DNA of 64,000 bases from an uncultured Verrucomicrobiae bacterium (GTDB taxonomy: Bacteria > Verrucomicrobiota > Verrucomicrobiia > Chthoniobacterales > JAFAMB01). The stretch is taken from positions 160,001 to 224,000 of the forward strand of contig CAVXLD010000003.1 of assembly GCA_963762565.1 (NCBI GenBank), in the 5' to 3' direction. A program made the translations under genes and the position numbers. Positions 19,012 through 29,736 of the stretch are shown here, one piece after another. The notes under the pieces are model-generated. The model had not been told where the DNA came from. It was given only the letters and a program-made list of their open reading frames with translations, and searched no databases. Numbering within the stretch: position 1 is the first letter of the stretch; every line of letters starts with the position of its first letter.

Positions 19012-19926
19012 CTACGACGCTGTACGAGTTGCTCTTTTGCTCAACAACGCAGAACCCGCTTTTGACGCATTCGGTCGACGAATCGCGCTACAGATGAAGT
19101 CACCAATCGCAGCGACTTCATCCAGGTTGATACCCGCCTCAACGCCTAGGCCTTGCAACAAATAGAGCACGTCCTCGGTTGCCACATTGCCAGTAGCGCC
19201 CGGCGCATAGGGACAGCCGCCAAGCCCGGCTACTGAACTATGGAAGATTGCTAAACCCGCATCCAGGCTAGCCAAGATATTCGCCAAAGCTTGACCAAAC
19301 GTATCATGGTAATGGCCAGCCAGTCTGGCGATTGGGAATTCTTGGCTGGCTGCGGGCACTAGTTCTCTAACCCGCCTTACCGTCCCAATGCCGATGGTAT
19401 CTGCTAAATCGATCTCGTCACATCCGAGAGCGGCTAACCGATTTACTACCCGAGTAACCGAACTAATCGGAACATCCCCTTCATAGGGGCAGCCAAAGGA
19501 ACAAGAGATACTGCCACGCAGGCGGACGCCGTTGGGCTTGGCGACGTCTGCAACGGCCGCGTAGCGTTCAAATGACTGATCAATCGTGCAATTAATATTC
19601 TTCTGACAAAAGGTCTCGCTGGCCGCGGTGAAAATTACGACCTCATCTGCCTTAGCCGCGACAGCGTTCCGTGCTCCTTGCAGATTCGGCGCAAGAACCG
19701 AGTAGATAGCCCCAGGTCGCCGCGTAATCCGTTCCATCACTTCAGCAGCGTCCGCCAATTGAGGAACCCATTTCGGGGAAACAAACGAGGTGGCCTCGAT
19801 GTTAGCAAACCCGGCAGCGCTCAGACGGTTGATCAACTCGATTTTAATCTCGGTCGAGATTTCAGATTTCTCGTTCTGCAAGCCGTCCCTTGGACCCACT
19901 TCGACGATTTTGACGGAACTAGTCAT
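19012..19926 (-). CDS. liuE: Hydroxymethylglutaryl-CoA lyase
   Basis: EVGPRDGLQNE, SFVSPKWVPQ, HYHDT, GLGGCPYA..ATGNVATED. Confidence 0.96.
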   Translation of the reverse strand: MTSSVKIVEVGPRDGLQNEKSEISTEIKIELINRLSAAGFANIEATSFVSPKWVPQLADAAEVMERITRRPGAIYSVLAPNLQGARNAVAAKADEVVIFTAASETFCQKNINCTIDQSFERYAAVADVAKPNGVRLRGSISCSFGCPYEGDVPISSVTRVVNRLAALGCDEIDLADTIGIGTVRRVRELVPAASQEFPIARLAGHYHDTFGQALANILASLDAGLAIFHSSVAGLGGCPYAPGATGNVATEDVLYLLQGLGVEAGINLDEVAAIGDFICSAIRRPNASKAGSALLSKRATRTAS

Positions 19927-19947
19927 GGAAGCCACAGATTTAAATTA

Positions 19948-20249
19948 TCCGCAGATTACGCAGATTTCGGTATTAGGAGGTGCCAAGCGGTGGAGCGTGC
20001 CTCGCTTGCGAGGCCGTGGGTGAGCAACGCACAATCGAGAACTGCCTTCCATCGCTATCTGCACTCTATAACGCGATTTTCGCCTCTGCACAGAAACAAG
20101 AGCGCAGCCCGATGAAGCGCCTTCCAAACCGTCCGCCCTGATTACCACGGCCTCGCAAGCGAGGCACGCTCCACGGGCGGTACCGCCTCAAAACGTAATC
20201 CGCCTCCGCAAAGTCTACGGCGCGACAGGTCCTGCGTAATCTGCGGATC
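19948..20249. repeat. Family A REPIN (19990-20174) nested in inverted CGCAGATTA nonamer arms
   Basis: GTGGAGCGTGCCTCGCTTGCGAGGCCGTGG and its reverse complement; TCCGCAGATTACGCAG / CTGCGTAATCTGCGGA outside. Confidence 0.88.
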
Positions 20250-20251
20250 AC

Positions 20252-22294
20252 TTAGTCAGGTTTTTTGGGCGTGAAGTGGAGGAGTTGGGCACCCTCGGGG
20301 ACTTGGTCGGCGACATTGACTAATACTTGATCGACGCGGCCGTCAACCAAAGCAACGATGGTGTGTTCCATTTTCATTGCTTCCATTACCACTAAGGGAG
20401 TCCCTTTCGTGACTGTCTGGCCTTCCTGCACTAGCACCGCCACAATACGACCCGGCATCGGAGCAGTCAGTTGAGTCTCTGGCGGACCGAGCAGTACGTC
20501 GTAGGCAAGAGGATCGATCAGAGTGAGAGTCACATGCTCGCCATCGGCCGACAGATCGAAGATATTGTTTTTTTGATAAACCCGGCCGGTTGATCGGCGG
20601 TCACCGATTAAAACGACTAAGCGGCCGTCGTGATACTCTTGAATTTCGAAGTGGTCGGACTCTCCGTTTGCTTCCAGGTGGAATCGTGCGGGCTTCGCAG
20701 TTGCGGTTGGATAGGTCAGGACTGCATCCACAGTTTGGTTGCTGGCCGACCACGATAGACGCCGAGTATAGGTAGCGTTCAGACGCCAACCTGACGTCGT
20801 AGCCCAGGGCGAATAAAGATCGCCGTTCTCAATACGACGGTCTTGTTCTTCGCCTTTTAGCAAAGCGGCTGTAGCCAGCACAACGTAAGGAAACCGGATC
20901 ACTTCATCAGAAGTTAACAAAAAGCTTTCGTTCCGCGCAATCAAACCGGTGTCGAGATTAGCGGTACTGAAATCCGGCAAACGACTTAGCCGGCGCAAGA
21001 ACGGTAGGTTTGTCTCTAATCCCAGCACAACAGAATCATCGAGCGCGTCGTGCAAACGGGTAACTGCTTCCGCTCGATCTTTGCCCCACACGACGAGCTT
21101 GGCCAAAAGCGGATCGTAATAGGGAGTGACGGTGTCGCCTTTGCGCACCCCAGCGTCAAGGCGAATTGGAGCCATCTCCGGAGACGAAGGTACTTTAAAA
21201 TGGACGGCTTCCGGAGTTTTGAATACCTCCAAGGTACCGGTTGAGGGTAGGAAGCCTGAGCTCGGTTTCTCGGCGTAGATACGGGCCTCGATGGCGTGGC
21301 CCCGAAATTGAAGTTGAGCTTGCGGCTGAGGTAGGGGAGCTCCGGCTGCCACCAGGAGTTGCCATTCGACCAGGTCTTGGGCGGTGATCATCTCCGTCAC
21401 AGGATGTTCGACCTGCAATCGGGTGTTCATTTCCAGGAAATAGAACTTAGAGTCCCGATCGAACAGGAACTCGATAGTTCCCGCACCTGTATAGTTAACT
21501 GCGCGAGCTGCAGCCACAGCGGTTTCGCCGATCAACCGGCGTTGGGATTCGGTGAGCCCAGGGGCGGGTGATTCTTCAATGATCTTTTGATGGCGCCGTT
21601 GAACGGAACAATCTCTCTCGAAGAGGTAGACACAATTACCGCGCGTATCGGCAAAGACCTGTACCTCGATGTGGCGTGGCCGGTCGAGATACTTCTCGAT
21701 CAGGATGCTATCGTCTCCAAAACTGTTCTTAGCTTCACGGCGGCAAGCAGCCAACAGATCGTCGAACTCTGCGGTTCCGTGAACCACCCGCATCCCTTTG
21801 CCACCGCCGCCTGCCCGCGCTTTCAGCATGACGGGGTATCCGATCACCTCGGCTTGAGAGCGCAGGAAAGTGGGTGCTTGATTTTCACCGTGATAACCTG
21901 GGAGAACAGGAACCCCCGCCTTGGTCATCATTGATTTAGCGGTGCTTTTGTCGCCCATGGCGTGGATGGCAGCCGCTGGTGGCCCCACAAAAACGAGCCC
22001 AGAAGCAACGCAGGCCTCGGCGAACTCCGCGTTCTCTGCCAGGAAGCCGTAACCGGGGTGGATCGCTTCGGCTCGGCTCTCGCGGGCAGCTCTTAGGATA
22101 GATGGGATCGAAAGATAACTTTCGCTGGCGGTTGTGCCGCCAATGCCAAACGCTTCGTCGCAGACGCTGACGTGTTTGGAGTTCTTGTCGACATCCGAAT
22201 AAACGGCAACCGTCCGAATACCGAGCCTGGAGGCAGTTGCCGCGATGCGGCAAGCGATCTCGCCTCGATTAGCAATCAGGATTTTGCGGAACAT
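20252..22294 (-). CDS. liuD: 3-methylcrotonyl-CoA carboxylase alpha subunit (biotin carboxylase/BCCP)
   Basis: ANRGEIA, HPGYGFLAEN, GGGGKGMR, EMNTRLQVEH, EAMKME biotin motif; operon context. Confidence 0.95.
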   Translation of the reverse strand: MFRKILIANRGEIACRIAATASRLGIRTVAVYSDVDKNSKHVSVCDEAFGIGGTTASESYLSIPSILRAARESRAEAIHPGYGFLAENAEFAEACVASGLVFVGPPAAAIHAMGDKSTAKSMMTKAGVPVLPGYHGENQAPTFLRSQAEVIGYPVMLKARAGGGGKGMRVVHGTAEFDDLLAACRREAKNSFGDDSILIEKYLDRPRHIEVQVFADTRGNCVYLFERDCSVQRRHQKIIEESPAPGLTESQRRLIGETAVAAARAVNYTGAGTIEFLFDRDSKFYFLEMNTRLQVEHPVTEMITAQDLVEWQLLVAAGAPLPQPQAQLQFRGHAIEARIYAEKPSSGFLPSTGTLEVFKTPEAVHFKVPSSPEMAPIRLDAGVRKGDTVTPYYDPLLAKLVVWGKDRAEAVTRLHDALDDSVVLGLETNLPFLRRLSRLPDFSTANLDTGLIARNESFLLTSDEVIRFPYVVLATAALLKGEEQDRRIENGDLYSPWATTSGWRLNATYTRRLSWSASNQTVDAVLTYPTATAKPARFHLEANGESDHFEIQEYHDGRLVVLIGDRRSTGRVYQKNNIFDLSADGEHVTLTLIDPLAYDVLLGPPETQLTAPMPGRIVAVLVQEGQTVTKGTPLVVMEAMKMEHTIVALVDGRVDQVLVNVADQVPEGAQLLHFTPKKPD

Positions 22295-22459
22295 TGGACG
22301 GTGAGGGAGGGCGCGCGTCCTCGCGCGCTGTGAAGCTGGTGCATGCTGCTAGAGGTCGATGGGTCCTGGGCTAGGAACAGGCAACGCTCTGGGAACGATC
22401 CGGCGGCTGCCGGACGAGGACGCGATCACTCCCCGGACGAATCTGTCATCTGTCATTTG

Positions 22460-23257
22460 TTATTTGTCATTCTGTTGAGTCTTGACCCAACTGGGGCGCC
22501 GTTTTTCTAGAAAGGCTTGGACGCCTTCGCGAGCCTCTTCGGAGCCACGCAGTCGCGCGATTCGCTCGGCGGTATCGACAGCGAGCTTTTCCGATAGCAA
22601 ATCGATGTCTTGGATCAGCCGTTTCGATTGGATCACGGCTTGTGGGCCGTTTTGCGTGATCTGAGTGACGATCGAGTTGAGTCTCGCATCCAAGACATCC
22701 GGAGTGACAACCTCATGTACCAAGCCAATCCGACACGCTTCTTGAGCAGTAAATCTTTCGCCGGTGACAAAATAACGACGGGCAGCGCGGCTACCAATTG
22801 CTTGAATCACGAAAGGGCTGATCACCGCCGGCATCAGACCAAGCTTCACCTCGGAAAACCCAAAGCTGGCCTTGCTACTAGCGATGGCGATATCCGCAAC
22901 CGCAATTAGTCCGAGTCCGCCTCCATAAGCATCTCCTTGCACCCGCGCAATAACCGGCTTCGGACAATGGTAGAGCGTGCGTAACATGGTGGCGAGGCGA
23001 TAGGCGTCCGCGAAGTTCTCTTGGTAAGGAATCTCCGCCATTCGCTTCATCCAGCTCAGATCCGCACCCGCACAGAAAGTGGTGCCGGAACCAGTTAGCA
23101 CGATCACCCGCACCTCATCGCGATCCCCAAACATGCGGAAGCTGTGCTCTAATTCTTTGATTGCTGTCTCGTTAAAGGCGTTGTGCACTCTAGGGCGATT
23201 CAGTGTGACGGTGGCGACTGCACCGGAGATAGTGACATCTAAGGTATGCCAATTCAT
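22460..23257 (-). CDS. liuC: Methylglutaconyl-CoA hydratase (crotonase family)
   Basis: FCAGADL.WM, YGGGLGL, SEVKLGL.PA.ISP; lies between the MCC subunits. Confidence 0.92.
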   Translation of the reverse strand: MNWHTLDVTISGAVATVTLNRPRVHNAFNETAIKELEHSFRMFGDRDEVRVIVLTGSGTTFCAGADLSWMKRMAEIPYQENFADAYRLATMLRTLYHCPKPVIARVQGDAYGGGLGLIAVADIAIASSKASFGFSEVKLGLMPAVISPFVIQAIGSRAARRYFVTGERFTAQEACRIGLVHEVVTPDVLDARLNSIVTQITQNGPQAVIQSKRLIQDIDLLSEKLAVDTAERIARLRGSEEAREGVQAFLEKRRPSWVKTQQNDK

Positions 23258-23426
23258 GAGAGCTCCTGAAGGGTTGGGGGTGAACCTAGCCTGCAGAAAA
23301 CATTAATTTCACCACAGAGACACAGAGACCACGGAGAGAAAGAGAAAAAAAGAGAAAAGAACTCTTATTCCGGTCTTTGTGAACTCTGTGTCTCCGTGGT
23401 GAAATAATGTTTTCCTCCGCGAAGCC

Positions 23427-25034
23427 TCACATGCGGAAAAGACTGAAGCGGGGTTCCGGAATGGTAGCATTTAGGGCGGCGGATATGCCGAGGCCTAGCA
23501 CGAGCCGGGTATCAAGGGGATCGATGATTCCGTCGTCCCAAAGCCGCGCGCTGGCGTAGTAAGGATGGCCTTGCCGTTCGTACTGCTCCCGGATCGGCGC
23601 CTTAAATTCCGTCTCTTCATCTGCGGTCCATTGACCTCCCTTAGCCTCGATAGCGTCACGTTTGACCCTCGCCAAAACGGTCGCCGCCTGTTCTCCTCCC
23701 ATCACTGAGATCCGAGCGTTCGGCCACATCCAAAGGAACCGAGGTGAATAGGCGCGTCCACACATCCCGTAGTTCCCGGCTCCGAACGAACCGCCGACAA
23801 TCACCGTAAATTTCGGTACTTGGGCGGTGGCTACCGCGGTGACCATCTTCGCGCCGTGCCGGGCAATGCCTTCGTTCTCATATTTTTTACCGACCATAAA
23901 CCCGGCAATGTTTTGGAGGAAGACAAGCGGGACACGTCGTTGGCAGCAGAGCTCGATGAAATGAGCGCCTTTTTGCGCGGATTCAGAGAAAAGAATCCCA
24001 TTGTTTGCAAGCACGCCGACTGGGTAACCCCAAACGTGAGTGAACCCGCAAACTAATGTGGCGCCGTATAAGGCTTTAAACTCATCAAACTCAGATCCAT
24101 CGACGATCCGGAGGATCAATTCACGGACATCATACGGTTTGCGCGAGTCCGCCGGAATGACGCCGTAAAGCTCTGCCGGATCGGCGCCGGGTTCTCGAGG
24201 AGGGCGGCATTCGAGTTGAGCTGTTTTTCGGTGGTTCAAGTTACCGACGATATTGCGGGCTATAGCCAGCGCGTGGGAATCATCTTGAGCGAGATGATCG
24301 GCCACGCCGGATAATCGCGCGTGAACGTCGCCGCCGCCAAGCTCCTCGGCGGTGACCTCTTCGCCAATGGCGGCTTTTACCAGCGGCGGGCCTCCTAGAA
24401 AGATGGTGCCCTGGTTCTTAACAATGATCGACTCATCACACATGGCCGGCACATAAGCGCCGCCCGCCGTACAGGAGCCCATTACCAGAGCGATTTGCGG
24501 AATTCCTTGAGCCGACAGGTTCGCTTGGTTGTAAAAGATCCTTCCGAAATGGTCTCGATCCGGAAACACTTCGTCTTGGTTCGGGAGATTGGCGCCGCCG
24601 GAGTCGACCAGATATACGCAGGGAAGACGATTCTGTTCTGCGATTTCCTGGGCGCGCAAATGTTTTTTGACGGAGATCGGATAATACGTGCCGCCTTTCA
24701 CCGTCGCATCGTTACAAACAATAACGCATTCTTTCCCCGAGATACGGCCGATCCCTGTGATCACGCCGGCGCCGGGCGCGGCATCGTGGTACATTCCGTA
24801 AGCGGCCAATTGCGAGAGTTCGAGAAACGGAGTTCCGGGGTCGAGCAATCGTTGAACGCGCTCTCTGGGGAGTAGCTTACCCCGACCCAAGTGTTTTCGG
24901 CGTGCTTCTTCGCCGCCGCCCTCAGCCAGCTTTTTTGCGATGACTCGCAGATCGTCGACGGCTGATTGCATAGCCGCCGCGTTTGCTTTGAATTCGTCAG
25001 AGGTCGGATTGAGTTTAGACTTTAGGGTGGCCAT
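23427..25034 (-). CDS. liuB: 3-methylcrotonyl-CoA carboxylase beta subunit
   Basis: [43 protein letters not shown]; start at MATLK. Confidence 0.97.
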   Translation of the reverse strand: MATLKSKLNPTSDEFKANAAAMQSAVDDLRVIAKKLAEGGGEEARRKHLGRGKLLPRERVQRLLDPGTPFLELSQLAAYGMYHDAAPGAGVITGIGRISGKECVIVCNDATVKGGTYYPISVKKHLRAQEIAEQNRLPCVYLVDSGGANLPNQDEVFPDRDHFGRIFYNQANLSAQGIPQIALVMGSCTAGGAYVPAMCDESIIVKNQGTIFLGGPPLVKAAIGEEVTAEELGGGDVHARLSGVADHLAQDDSHALAIARNIVGNLNHRKTAQLECRPPREPGADPAELYGVIPADSRKPYDVRELILRIVDGSEFDEFKALYGATLVCGFTHVWGYPVGVLANNGILFSESAQKGAHFIELCCQRRVPLVFLQNIAGFMVGKKYENEGIARHGAKMVTAVATAQVPKFTVIVGGSFGAGNYGMCGRAYSPRFLWMWPNARISVMGGEQAATVLARVKRDAIEAKGGQWTADEETEFKAPIREQYERQGHPYYASARLWDDGIIDPLDTRLVLGLGISAALNATIPEPRFSLFRM

Positions 25035-25315
25035 CTGTCGGCGGAGGGGAGTGGTTAAGCGTTTCGGTAGATTAAGTAACCGCTTCCGGTTCAAAGTTCA
25101 CGTTGGGATTTTTTGGGGGGGCGACGCTCGCCGGGCGGTGTTGATAGACCGGGAGACTGGGTGTGCGCTGGGCGGTGCGCGCAGATAGGACCTATAGGAC
25201 CAATGGGACTTATAAGGGAAACTCATAGGTCGCATGAGTCACATAGAGCCTGCCGGGCCGCAGGACATTCGGCCTGGCGCGCGATCTCCATCTGACAAAT
25301 AATCTGCTTTTCACC

Positions 25316-26122
25316 ATGATTGATCGACGCGAAATCGACGTACTGCGATCGCTTCTAGAATCCAATGCGGAAACGACGTCAACCGACCTAATCGAACGAT
25401 TTGGTGGTGACACGGCCAGCTTGCAGAGCGTGATTGAGTCGCTCGAGCGCGACGGTTATTGCTTTGAACAGAAGGCTGGAACCATTCGACTTTTGTCCGA
25501 GCCGGACGCGGTTCGGCCGCAAAGCGTTGGAGCACGACTGACGACGCATACGATTGGACGCGAGGTCTACGTCTTTCGGGAAACGAGATCGACCAATGAT
25601 TTGGCGCGGCAGGCCGGCGTCGGCAAAGCCAGCGAAGGGGTAGTCTTCTTTGCAGAACAACAAACGGCGGGGCGGGGAACGCACGGACGCAATTGGGTGT
25701 CTCAGGGTAATCAAGGTCTTTGGTTTTCAATCTTGCTGCGATCGACATTGCCGGTTGAGCGATGGCCGGTTTTGGTCCAAATGGCGGCATTGGCCGCCGC
25801 TGAAGCTGCCGAAACCTGGATTGATGACCCGATCGCTATTAAGCCACCTAATGACTTGGTGTTAGGCGGCGGCAAACTGGCTGGGTTTCTATTGGAAACA
25901 TGCAACGCCTGGAATTTTCAAGTGCTGGGTATTGGGATGAATGTCCGTTCGGCGCCCCAAATCGAAGGGTACCCGACATCCGCTTTGGACGATTTCGCCA
26001 GAAAGCGGGTTCCCTTGTCCGAACTGGCGGCGGGAATCCTAAACCGATTTGAAGACTGGTACTTGCGGAAGACGGTCGAGTGGGTGGCGGAAGCGGTCGC
26101 AAATAGCAAATTTCCGCTGTAG
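25316..26122 (+). CDS. birA: Biotin-[acetyl-CoA-carboxylase] ligase, atypical
   Basis: STND, QTAGRGTHGRNW, KPPND, KLAGFL, GIGMN; N-terminal wHTH-like region; divergent from liuB. Confidence 0.88.
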   Translation: MIDRREIDVLRSLLESNAETTSTDLIERFGGDTASLQSVIESLERDGYCFEQKAGTIRLLSEPDAVRPQSVGARLTTHTIGREVYVFRETRSTNDLARQAGVGKASEGVVFFAEQQTAGRGTHGRNWVSQGNQGLWFSILLRSTLPVERWPVLVQMAALAAAEAAETWIDDPIAIKPPNDLVLGGGKLAGFLLETCNAWNFQVLGIGMNVRSAPQIEGYPTSALDDFARKRVPLSELAAGILNRFEDWYLRKTVEWVAEAVANSKFPL

Positions 26123-26160
26123 TCCATGCTGGCCTACGGGCTTTTTTTAGGGGCTAGGGG

Positions 26161-26478
26161 GGCGAAGCGGCGAGTGGGCGAAAGGGCGAAACGGCGAAGG
26201 GGCGAAAGACGCGGGCCGGTAGGGCGAAAATCTCGGCGCGCCGTGGGTTCGACCATTCAGGGTACGTCTATGCGCGCCGGATTTGAGCCGCGCCGTGCGG
26301 TTGCCACCTCGCTGGCTCGATCGTCCTGAGAACGGATGCGTGTTGGACGTTGCAGCGCGCACGCATGGCTCAAATCCGGCGCGTAAACATCAATAGAAAT
26401 GGCTTGTCATGGGCGCGCCGAGATTTTCGCCCTACCGGCCCTTCGCCACTCGCCCATTCGCCGTTTCGCCCTTTCGCC
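26161..26478. repeat. Family H REPIN (GTAGGGCGAAAATCTCGGCGCGCC) inside inverted GGCGAAAG octamer arms
   Basis: Perfect 30-bp IR 26213-26242/26412-26441; 17-bp inner IR 26273-26289/26367-26383. Confidence 0.9.
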
Positions 26479-26488
26479 GAGACCTTCC

Positions 26489-27385
26489 TCACCTCCGCTC
26501 GACTCGCTGGGTGAGGTCTCCCTTGGCCGAGGCCAGTTGTTCGAGCAGCTTTTTACCGTGGCCGGAGGCTCGGAAAAGCGAAAGCCGATGCCGGGCGATA
26601 TCGCGCAACTTGTTGGTGACGTATCGTAGGATTTGTTGATGGCGTGGTTCCCAGTCTGTCGGTAGCTTGGCCGCTTCTTCTAAGCCTTCCACAAAGCCAC
26701 GGATCAGAGCAGCTCCGATATTGACTTTGTAAACATTCAATTCGGTTGCGACCTTGATATCATCGGGGTGAATGCCGCTGCCGCCGTGCAAAACCAAAGG
26801 GATACGGGTGGCCTGGGCGATATTGGTCAACAGATCGAGATCGAGCCGGCTTTGTTGGCCGTGCATCGATCCCACTGAGACCGCCAGGGTATCGGCGCCG
26901 CCCTTCTGCACCATCTCAGCCGTGTCGTGGGCAGCCGCGGTGACGGCGCGTCCGCCCTGATATTCGCCGCCGAACTGGCCAATCTCGGTCTCCAGAATCG
27001 CCCCAACCGCGTGAGCTGCCTCGGCAAAACGGGCAGTGCCGGCAATGTTCTCGGCCAAAGGCAAATGGCCGCCATCATACATCACGGAGTGATATCCACG
27101 GCGTAAGGTCCGAAAAATGTTCTCGTCTTTTCCGGGATGATCCTGGTGCATCAAGACGGGTGCAGCCGCTTTCTCGGCCAGGGTACGAATAATAGCCGAT
27201 AGCTCATCAATTCCGCCGTAATCGAAGTTAATAAAATCGGTTTGAACCATTACCGGAGCACTCTCCAGCTCGGCTGCTTCGATCACCGCTCGCGCCATTT
27301 CGAGGTTGCTCACATTGAACGATGGGACCGCGAACCGGTTTTCAAACACGTAGGCGAGAAACAAGCGAGGTTTAGTAACGAACAT
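26489..27385 (-). CDS. Class II fructose/tagatose-bisphosphate aldolase
   Basis: AVPSFN, HQDH, SVMYDG, VGSMHG, LVLHGGSG, KVNIG; start at MFVTK (upstream extension is repeat-derived). Confidence 0.9.
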   Translation of the reverse strand: MFVTKPRLFLAYVFENRFAVPSFNVSNLEMARAVIEAAELESAPVMVQTDFINFDYGGIDELSAIIRTLAEKAAAPVLMHQDHPGKDENIFRTLRRGYHSVMYDGGHLPLAENIAGTARFAEAAHAVGAILETEIGQFGGEYQGGRAVTAAAHDTAEMVQKGGADTLAVSVGSMHGQQSRLDLDLLTNIAQATRIPLVLHGGSGIHPDDIKVATELNVYKVNIGAALIRGFVEGLEEAAKLPTDWEPRHQQILRYVTNKLRDIARHRLSLFRASGHGKKLLEQLASAKGDLTQRVERR

Positions 27386-27876
27386 ATATTGCGCTGGAGA
27401 TTCTTTGTTTCTGGCCGGTTTGCAAGCGGTTTCCTCGAGAGGCGTTCGGCGTTTGGCGTTCGGCGTTCGGCGTTTGGTGGTTGGCGGTTCGCAGTTTCGT
27501 AAATTTTCACGAATTCCCGTTGCTTCAGGTGAAGAATTGTCGTTCGAGATACTGCTCGTTAAATCCACATGTGATTGCTTATCAGAAACTTGGGATCTTC
27601 ATCCGACTTGGGCATGCCTTGTGCATTACCTGGTCGGATGCGAGGACTTAATCTTATGAACACACTACTCGACAGGAAATCTCAATCCATTCGGGGTCGT
27701 GATTCGAGCTACGCGGGACGTGGCGGTGTCGGGAAAGCATTTGTTAGCGCTGATAGACGAGGGGCCCGCCATGTGAGTTATCTTTGCTCACCATCGGCCT
27801 CGCAAGCGAGGCAGCGCTCCACGAGGCCCGTTTTGCCAATCACCAATCACTAATCACCTTCATTTCTCCTCTCCCT

Positions 27877-28344
27877 ATGGAAACTAAACCACCGCTTCCT
27901 CCATTCACTCTCGAAACCGCGATACAAAAAGCTCGTTTAGCCGAGGACGCTTGGAATTCACGCGACCCGGAACGTGTTGCCCTCGCCTACACAGCCGATA
28001 GCCGCTGGCGCAACCGTGCTGAGTTCTTCAATGGGCGGCCAGCCATTATCGAGTTTCTCCGGCGCAAATGGGCCAAAGAAATGGACTACCGCTTGATAAA
28101 AGAGCTATGGGCCTTTCATGAAAACCGGATCTCGGTCCGATTCCAATATGAATGGCATGATGATTCCGGGAATTGGTTTCGAGCCCATGGGAACGAGCAA
28201 TGGGAATTCGACGACAACGGTCTCATGCGCCGCAGAGAAGCCAGCATTAATGATGTTCCGATTAAGGCCGCCGATCGTAAGTTCTTATGGCCAGCTGGTC
28301 CTCGTCCGGCGGATCACCCGGGGCTGAGTGAGCTTGGACTGTGA
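27877..28344 (+). CDS. DUF1348 / NTF2-like family protein
   Basis: [44 protein letters not shown]. Confidence 0.95.
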   Translation: METKPPLPPFTLETAIQKARLAEDAWNSRDPERVALAYTADSRWRNRAEFFNGRPAIIEFLRRKWAKEMDYRLIKELWAFHENRISVRFQYEWHDDSGNWFRAHGNEQWEFDDNGLMRRREASINDVPIKAADRKFLWPAGPRPADHPGLSELGL

Positions 28345-28625
28345 TGCCATGGCTCACGAGGCCCTTCGTTCTCGTCCTCGTCCTCGAATCCGGCCGAGCT
28401 GAGTGATGGAGTGTGGAGTGTTGGAGTAGTGTCCCTTCGCGGAATCGCACTGCGTAGCAGGTTGAAGAGTGAAAGGTGATATGGCGGCAGGCAGGCCGTT
28501 GAACCGAATGGTCCCACTAGTCGCATCGGCCTGCCTGAGCAAGATTGCGTGCGTCGAAGGCTCCCATCCGGGGTATTTCTTTAATTTTGTGAAACCTAGG
28601 ACCCCCGACCCGGGAAATAGGTGTT

Positions 28626-28909
28626 ATGAAGATCTTTGCGACAGTTCTCACAGCGATCGCGGTCGTCGCGGCTCTCGGTACCGCGGGACCGGCCGCAGCC
28701 GGTGGCCGCCGCATCTGCGCTGGGCCGCCCATCCAGTGGATGGGAATTCAGCCTGGAGCGCGAATTGGTCGATTTCACCTTGGTCCCAGCGGAATCGAAA
28801 ACTTAAAGGACCGCCCTGTATTGCGCTTATGGTTCATTTGCCCGGGCAAAGCCGGATCATGACTCTCGAACAAGTAAAGGAACTCTTGAAAAAAGGATCG
28901 GACCATTGA
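28626..28909 (+). pseudogene. Internally deleted, frameshifted paralog of the two downstream secreted proteins
   Basis: Frame 1 gives a signal peptide plus IQPGARIGRFHLGPSGIENLK; after ~28812 another frame gives PCIALMVHLPGQSRIMTLEQVKELL, matching the paralog C-termini. Confidence 0.8.
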
Positions 28910-28935
28910 ACGGATCCACCGGGAAAATGAATAAC

Positions 28936-29511
28936 ATGAACCTATTCAGAGCGATTTTGTTTTCAGCGCTTATTCCGCTGGCCGGCCAGGTGTTTGGCGC
29001 GTCCGAAGATCTATCGATTGTGCCTGGGTCAAGTATCGCCGGCACATCTCTCGGCCCCGACGGATTGCAACAACTAAAAAAGCTAGGTAGGCCCTACCGG
29101 ATTGATCGCGGGATGTCACAGACACGACAGGTCTGGAAGTGGTCCAGGCCGGATGGAAGATTAGAGACGTTCTTCATTCATACAGTGAATAATGGAGTCA
29201 TTGATGCGAAGCCGGCCGATGGAGTGAGCATCGATTTGATCCGTACGACGATAACTCGGTTTCGAACCGCAGACGGGATTCGGGTCGGGAGTACGCTCGA
29301 TCAAATCCGGAAGAGTTTTCCCAATGTTGGTCCGGTTGAAGGGACACCAACGATTTTCGATGACCTGAAGCGGGGAATCGCGTTCGAATTTAGCGATGCG
29401 CCTATCGGCCACTCGATCTGCATCGCCATCATGGTGCATCCACCGGGCCAGAGTAATATTGCGACCCAGCAGCAGGTAGCCGAAGTGCTCGAGAATGGAG
29501 CCAAGGAGTAG
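28936..29511 (+). CDS. Secreted hypothetical protein (paralog 1)
   Basis: Signal peptide; FRTADGIRVGST..QIRKSFP; GIAFEF; strongly similar to the next gene. Confidence 0.85.
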   Translation: MNLFRAILFSALIPLAGQVFGASEDLSIVPGSSIAGTSLGPDGLQQLKKLGRPYRIDRGMSQTRQVWKWSRPDGRLETFFIHTVNNGVIDAKPADGVSIDLIRTTITRFRTADGIRVGSTLDQIRKSFPNVGPVEGTPTIFDDLKRGIAFEFSDAPIGHSICIAIMVHPPGQSNIATQQQVAEVLENGAKE

Positions 29512-29736
29512 TTGGGGAGAAGGATGAAAATGACAGATGACAAATGACAAATGCAGGGAGACGAGAAGGCTGAGGCCAACTATCTGTCATCTGTCATTTT
29601 CATCCGTTGTTGTGAAACTCTCGCGGAAAAAGCCGGGAAAGCAGTATCGATGAAAAATTTTATTGCTTGTGGAAACGGTTTTGAGATTAGGAGCCAGACA
29701 TTGGCGGGTGCGGTTCACAGACCGGGAAAATTTGAA

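Noticed and set aside
25053..25081. BirA operator (bioO) between liuB and birA
   Set aside because: GGTTA-N19-TAACC has the arms in the opposite order and the wrong spacing relative to the TGTAAACC-N14-16-GGTTTACA consensus.
27386..27568. N-terminal extension of the aldolase in the ORF track
   Set aside because: Encoded by CGAACGC heptamer repeats (RRTPNAKRRTP); similar repeat-derived extensions were trimmed for S46, DUF1348, Thr dehydratase, serine hydrolase and ArsS.
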